42,472 nucleotides of DNA, taken from Octopus bimaculoides. Its lineage: Eukaryota. Below, one piece after another: positions 37,655 to 42,472 of this stretch. The DNA lies in assembly GCF_001194135.2 (NCBI RefSeq), contig NC_068990.1, forward strand, positions 80,419,975-80,462,446, written 5' to 3'. Position numbers and translations under genes: made by a program. Under the pieces are notes generated by a model. The model worked only from the letters and a program-made list of their open reading frames with translations, was not told the origin of the DNA and searched no databases. Numbering within the stretch: position 1 is the first letter of the stretch; every line of letters starts with the position of its first letter.

Positions 37655-37870
37655 GCGGCGAGCTGGTAGAAACGTTAGCATGCCGGGGGAAACGCTAAGC
37701 GGTATTTCGTCTGTCTTTACATTCTGCATTAAAATTCTGCCGATGCCGACTTTGCCTTTCATCTTTAAGGGGTCGATAAATTAAGAACCAATTGCGTACT
37801 GGGGTCAATCTAATCAAATGGTCCCCACCCCAAAAATTTCGGACCTTGTTCCCAGAGTAGAAAAGAATAT
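37655..37870 (+). mobile_element. Full-length SINE family A
   Basis: GCGGCGAGCTGGTAGAAACGTTAGCATGCCGG...GCCTTTCATCTTTAAGGGGTCGATAAATTAAG...CCCAGAGTAGAAAAGAAT. Confidence 0.88.
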
Positions 37871-37874
37871 AAGC

Positions 37875-38110
37875 GTTGGAGTCATGCAGTTTGAAAATTT
37901 AACCTCTGTCTCAAAGGGTGTCATTACTTTCGAGATAGTACTTGTTGATACACCAAAACGTTTCGCTGCTTTCGTTATGTTAGCGCCTGCCATACGAACG
38001 CCAACAATTTGAGCTCGTTGAAAGTCTGATAGATCTGTGATTTTAATGAATTTTAATTACCTTTTTCGTATGATATCTGAAAAGAAACAACAATTTTAGC
38101 AAAAAATATT
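37875..38110 (-). mobile_element. Tc1-like transposase N-terminal fragment
   Basis: From 38041 (ATG mutated to ATC): TDLSDFQRAQIVGVRMAGANITKAAKRFGVSTSTISKVMTPFE matches the Tc1 paired-like HTH (DLSDFQRGQIVGAR.AGAS.T..A..FGVSR.TVSKV). Confidence 0.85.
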
Positions 38111-38604
38111 CAGCAACAAATATTCAGTAAAAAAAAGCATAAAAATAAACAAGCTTTTGACGGTTTTATAGATATTTTGAAATTATGATGCTCTGATGCT
38201 AGGTGTTTCCATTATTTTGTCCAACCTCTGTATACACACACACACACACACACACATACCCACACACAAACACACACACACACACACACACACAGACACA
38301 CACATACACACGCATACACACGCACACACGCACACATATATTTATATAGAATGTTACTATTTCACCTTAATTTTGAACTTTGGCCTTGTAGACGAGATAT
38401 TTGAGAGGCATTTAGTATCTAATGGATATTGTGCTCAGTTTCTAAAATTACAATAATGTGGGATCGGGTTTACGTTGCTAGTATGTGTAACTCTCTTGTT
38501 GTTGTCCTATATTGCCAAGGCCGCTATAGCTAACATTAATCGTATTGTTGTTAAATATTTTGGGTATATTTCGTGAGTGCATCTGTACACATACATTCGC
38601 GCAA

Positions 38605-38619
38605 GGGAATTCCCCGCCC
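38605..38619 (+). promoter_or_regulatory. Palindromic kappaB site overlapping a GC box
   Basis: GGGAATTCCC (38605-38614) running into CCCCGCCC (38612-38619). Motif match only. Confidence 0.25.
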
Positions 38620-38917
38620 AACATAAATATACTCGTAAATATTACATTCACACATAGTTCATTATTACTCGCTGATGAAGGGGTCAGAAAACAATGTATT
38701 AAGTTCAATGTTTTATATGCATATGATTGTCATTAATATTCATATTTTAATCTATTTTCTGCATATATTCGCTTTTTGCCTTCTCATGACGCCTCTATGT
38801 TATATAACAATGATATTTGCTAATGGTGTTCCTTTTCCTCATTTTATAATCTGATATGCATCGAAATGTAATTTGATTAAAGTTATGAAATAATTTTTTC
38901 CGACTATCCTTCACATT

Positions 38918-38977
38918 ATCCATCCATCCATCCATCCATCCATCCATCCATCCATCCATCCATCCATCCATCCCTCC

Positions 38978-39037
<60 letters not shown>

Positions 39038-39061
39038 CTCTATCTATCTATCTATCTATCC
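38918..39061. repeat. (ATCC)n(ATCT)n compound microsatellite
   Basis: Direct reading. Confidence 0.97.
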
Positions 39062-41260
39062 ATTCCTCTCTCTATCTGTCTATCAAACTCGTNNNNNNNN
39101 NNNNNNNNNNNNNNNNNNNNNNNNNNNNNNNNNNNNNNNNNNNNNNNNNNNNNNNNNNNNNNNNNNNNNNNNNNNNNNNNNNNNNNNNNNNNNNNNNNNN
39201 NNNNNNNNNNNNNNNNNNNNNNNNNNNNNNNNNNNNNNNNNNNNNNNNNNNNNNNNNNNNNNNNNNNNNNNNNNNNNNNNNNNNNNNNNNNNNNNNNNNN
39301 NNNNNNNNNNNNNNNNNNNNNNNNNNNNNNNNNNNNNNNNNNNNNNNNNNNNNNNNNNNNNNNNNNNNNNNNNNNNNNNNNNNNNNNNNNNNNNNNNNNN
39401 NNNNNNNNNNNNNNNNNNNNNNNNNNNNNNNNNNNNNNNNNNNNNNNNNNNNNNNNNNNNNNNNNNNNNNNNNNNNNNNNNNNNNNNNNNNNNNNNNNNN
39501 NNNNNNNNNNNNNNNNNNNNNNNNNNNNNNNNNNNNNNNNNNNNNNNNNNNNNNNNNNNNNNNNNNNNNNNNNNNNNNNNNNNNNNNNNNNNNNNNNNNN
39601 NNNNNNNNNNNNNNNNNNNNNNNNNNNNNNNNNNNNNNNNNNNNNNNNNNNNNNNNNNNNNNNNNNNNNNNNNNNNNNNNNNNTATATATATATGCATAC
39701 ACTAACGCACAAACAGAGACACGTACCGCGCCATACTTATTATTGACTGAACGTCTCTTGTTATGTTTGTCCGCCAGTCAACGACAGACGAGACAAGATA
39801 GGATTAATCGAATTGAAATAGGATGTTTACTTTCCGCTCAGCTCGTATGATGCGATGTGATGAATCATAGAAAACTAGAATGATTTTGACAGTAACAATG
39901 TCATCAGATTCAACATAAGAGACTTTTGATAGCAGTAAATACTACTGCACTGATATATAATATGTTTTCAGAGACCTCATTGACTGTCCAGGAACATGGG
40001 TATGGTTTCTGAACCGATCGTAAATCTGATAAGCAAAATAAAATACAGCTGGCAGCTAGCATAGACTATGCTTTCTTCGTTCACACCAGTTGTCCTATGT
40101 ACAGGTCTCTAATTGATATCGCATTCATCATAGTACATTTTCACTGTCGGCATGATTCCGAATGATAACATAAGAACCATACTAAAAGTGAATGTTGGCG
40201 TGTGTGTGCGTTGCGTATGTGTGTGTGAGTGTGTACACGCACACATGCACACGCACACATGCACACGCACACATGCACACGCACGTACACAGACACTAAG
40301 TAAGAACCACACCTAAAGATACATATTTATATGCATATATGTATATGTGTATATATATATATATATATNNNNNNNNNNNNNNNNNNNNNNNNNNNNNNNN
40401 NNNNNNNNNNNNNNNNNNNNNNNNNNNNNNNNNNNNNNNNNNNNNNNNNNNNNNNNNNNNNNNNNNNNNNNNNNNNNNNNNNNNNNNNNNNNNNNNNNNN
40501 NNNNNNNNNNNNNNNNNNNNNNNNNNNNNNNNNNNNNNNNNNNNNNNNNNNNNNNNNNNNNNNNNNNNNNNNNNNNNNNNNNNNNNNNNNNNNNNNNNNN
40601 NNNNNNNNNNNNNNNNNNNNNNNNNNNNNNNNNNNNNNNNNNNNNNNNNNNNNNNNNNNNNNNNNNNNNNNNNNNNNNNNNNNNNNNNNNNNNNNNNNNN
40701 NNNNNNNNNNNNNNNNNNNNNNNNNNNNNNNNNNNNNNNNNNNNNNNNNNNNNNNNNNNNNNNNNNNNNNNNNNNNNNNNNNNNNNNNNNNNNNNNNNNN
40801 NNNNNNNNNNNNNNNNNNNNNNNNNNNNNNNNNNNNNNNNNNNNNNNNNNNNNNNNNNNNNNNNNNNNNNNNNNNNNNNNNNNNNNNNNNNNNNNNNNNN
40901 NNNNNNNNNNNNNNNNNNNNNNNNNNNNNNNNNNNNNNNNNNNNNNNNNNNNNNNNNNNNNNNNNNNNNNNNNNNNNNNNNNNNNNNNNNNNNNNNNNNN
41001 NNNNNNNNNNNNNNNNNNNNNNNNNNNNNNNNNNNNNNNNNNNNNNNNNNNNNNNNNNNNNNNNNNNNNNNNNNNNNNNNNNNNNNNNNNNNNNNNNNNN
41101 NNNNNNNNNNNNNNNNNNNNNNNNNNNNNNNNNNNNNNNNNNNNNNNNNNNNNNNNNNNNNNNNNNNNNNNNNNNNNNNNNNNNNNNNNNNNNNNNNNNN
41201 NNNNNNNNNNNNNNNNNNNNNNNNNNNNNNNNNNNNNNNNNNNNNNNNNNNNNNNNNNNN

Positions 41261-41294
<34 letters not shown>

Positions 41295-41339
41295 TGTATA
41301 TCTATGTGTAAGTGCCTTTCTGTCTGTTTTTGTCAACCT

Positions 41340-41520
41340 GTCAACGTTTGGCAATCAATGTCGATGTGTTTACATCCCGTAATCTAGCGGTTCAGCAAAA
41401 CAAACCGACAGAATAAGCAGCAAGCTTTAAAAAAATATGTACGGGGTTCGATTCAATCGACCAAATATATACAAGTTGGTGCTCCAGCATGCCCACACTC
41501 TAATGCCTGGAGCAGATAAC
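41340..41520 (+). mobile_element. SINE family B, 3' part
   Basis: GATGTGTTTACATCCCGTAATCTAGCGGTTCAGCAAAACAAACCGACAGAATAAG...GGTGCTCCAGCATG, homologous to the reverse complement of 26767-26930. Confidence 0.75.
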
Positions 41521-41531
41521 AGATATGCATA

Positions 41532-41582
<51 letters not shown>

Positions 41583-41949
41583 TTTGCTTTGTAAACTGCT
41601 GTAGTGGGGTTTATGCGTCAGTTCTGGAATTCTGTGCCGTGGTAACGTATGGAAGTAATTAATTTGCTGAGTATGGATTCTCTGAGTTAAATATGGAAAT
41701 CAATTATATACAATGATTTCCGTTATGTCGCTGATGCCATCCCGCGAGTTGCTGATAATGTAATCATCGCTACCCGTTCTGTGTGACAATCACTACTTCA
41801 CTGCTATCACCAATTCGAAAAATATGCAATCAATTCTAGCAACGTTATCATCAGTTAAACTAGAATCGCCACCAACACAACTAGAAATCAATGTTTAAGC
41901 ATAAAAGGCAAATATTAATCCACCACTGCCGCCACAAAAAAAGGCCAGT

Positions 41950-42472
41950 TGCACCTCTACCATCACTATTTGGATCACGGTCATTCCCAGCATCACTGCA
42001 TACTCACCATCACTATTAGGACCACTGTCACCTCAACCTCCACCACTAGCGTCACCACTGCCAACACCATTCTTACTACCACGTGGACGGTGATGACAGC
42101 CCCTACTACTATAAGGACTACCCACCACCACCACCACCACTACCATCACGACAACCTGCTCCGCAAATACTACGGCCACCACCACCACCACCATCGATAC
42201 GACGACAAGTGGGAGGACCATGCTGGCTATAATTACCGCGACGACGACTATCCACCATCACCACCACCCACACACGACCACCACCAGCACGACCACCACA
42301 AACCATCTCTACCGATATTACGATGATGACAACCATAACTACAAGCATTTCTACGACAATGGTTACTCGTCATCACATCCACGGTCTCCACTATCCGATC
42401 ACAGAATTAGTAATATCATCGTTACAAACATAAAGCGCACCACCACCACCACCACCACCACCACCACCACCA
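41950..42472. repeat. (ACC)/(CCA)-type low-complexity tract
   Basis: Direct reading; pure (CCA)n at the window end. Confidence 0.9.

Noticed and set aside
38672-38700. CTGATGA...GAAA hammerhead-like string
   Set aside because: No pairing for stem II or stem III.
39052-41387. Long ORFs of 200-350 aa containing X
   Set aside because: They run through N gaps. The same applies to X-containing ORFs at 1749-2366, 11951-12761, 12960-13711 and 35613-36108.
41949-42348. His/Thr-rich and Gly/Val-rich ORFs
   Set aside because: Translations of (ACC)n-type low-complexity DNA on both strands.
1-42472. CRISPR arrays, rRNA, true tRNA genes, protocadherin or C2H2 zinc-finger genes
   Set aside because: None seen. 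The tRNA-like boxes all belong to SINE heads.

Overview
AT-rich, microsatellite-dense metazoan DNA with about ten N gaps, nearly all next to simple repeats. The repeat families look like those of octopus (Octopus sp.); that is my recognition, not a database result. No intact gene can be named. The supplied ORFs are mostly simple-repeat, gap-spanning or antisense artefacts. Well-supported content is mobile DNA: at least 12 copies of one tRNA-type SINE with (ATT)n tails, a second SINE family, a Penelope-like linker/GIY-YIG fragment, a 5'-truncated Dong/R4 LINE inserted in a (TAA)n tract, an internally deleted RTE derivative, and mariner and Tc1 transposase relics. The most interesting non-repeat signal is a ~440 bp minus-strand segment (35147-35584), absent from the ORF track, that reads like a frameshifted, atypical Ras-superfamily GTPase domain. 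There are also several splice-site-bounded exon candidates of unknown identity, two of them microexons. I did not find a clearly new biological system. All translations and alignments were done by hand.
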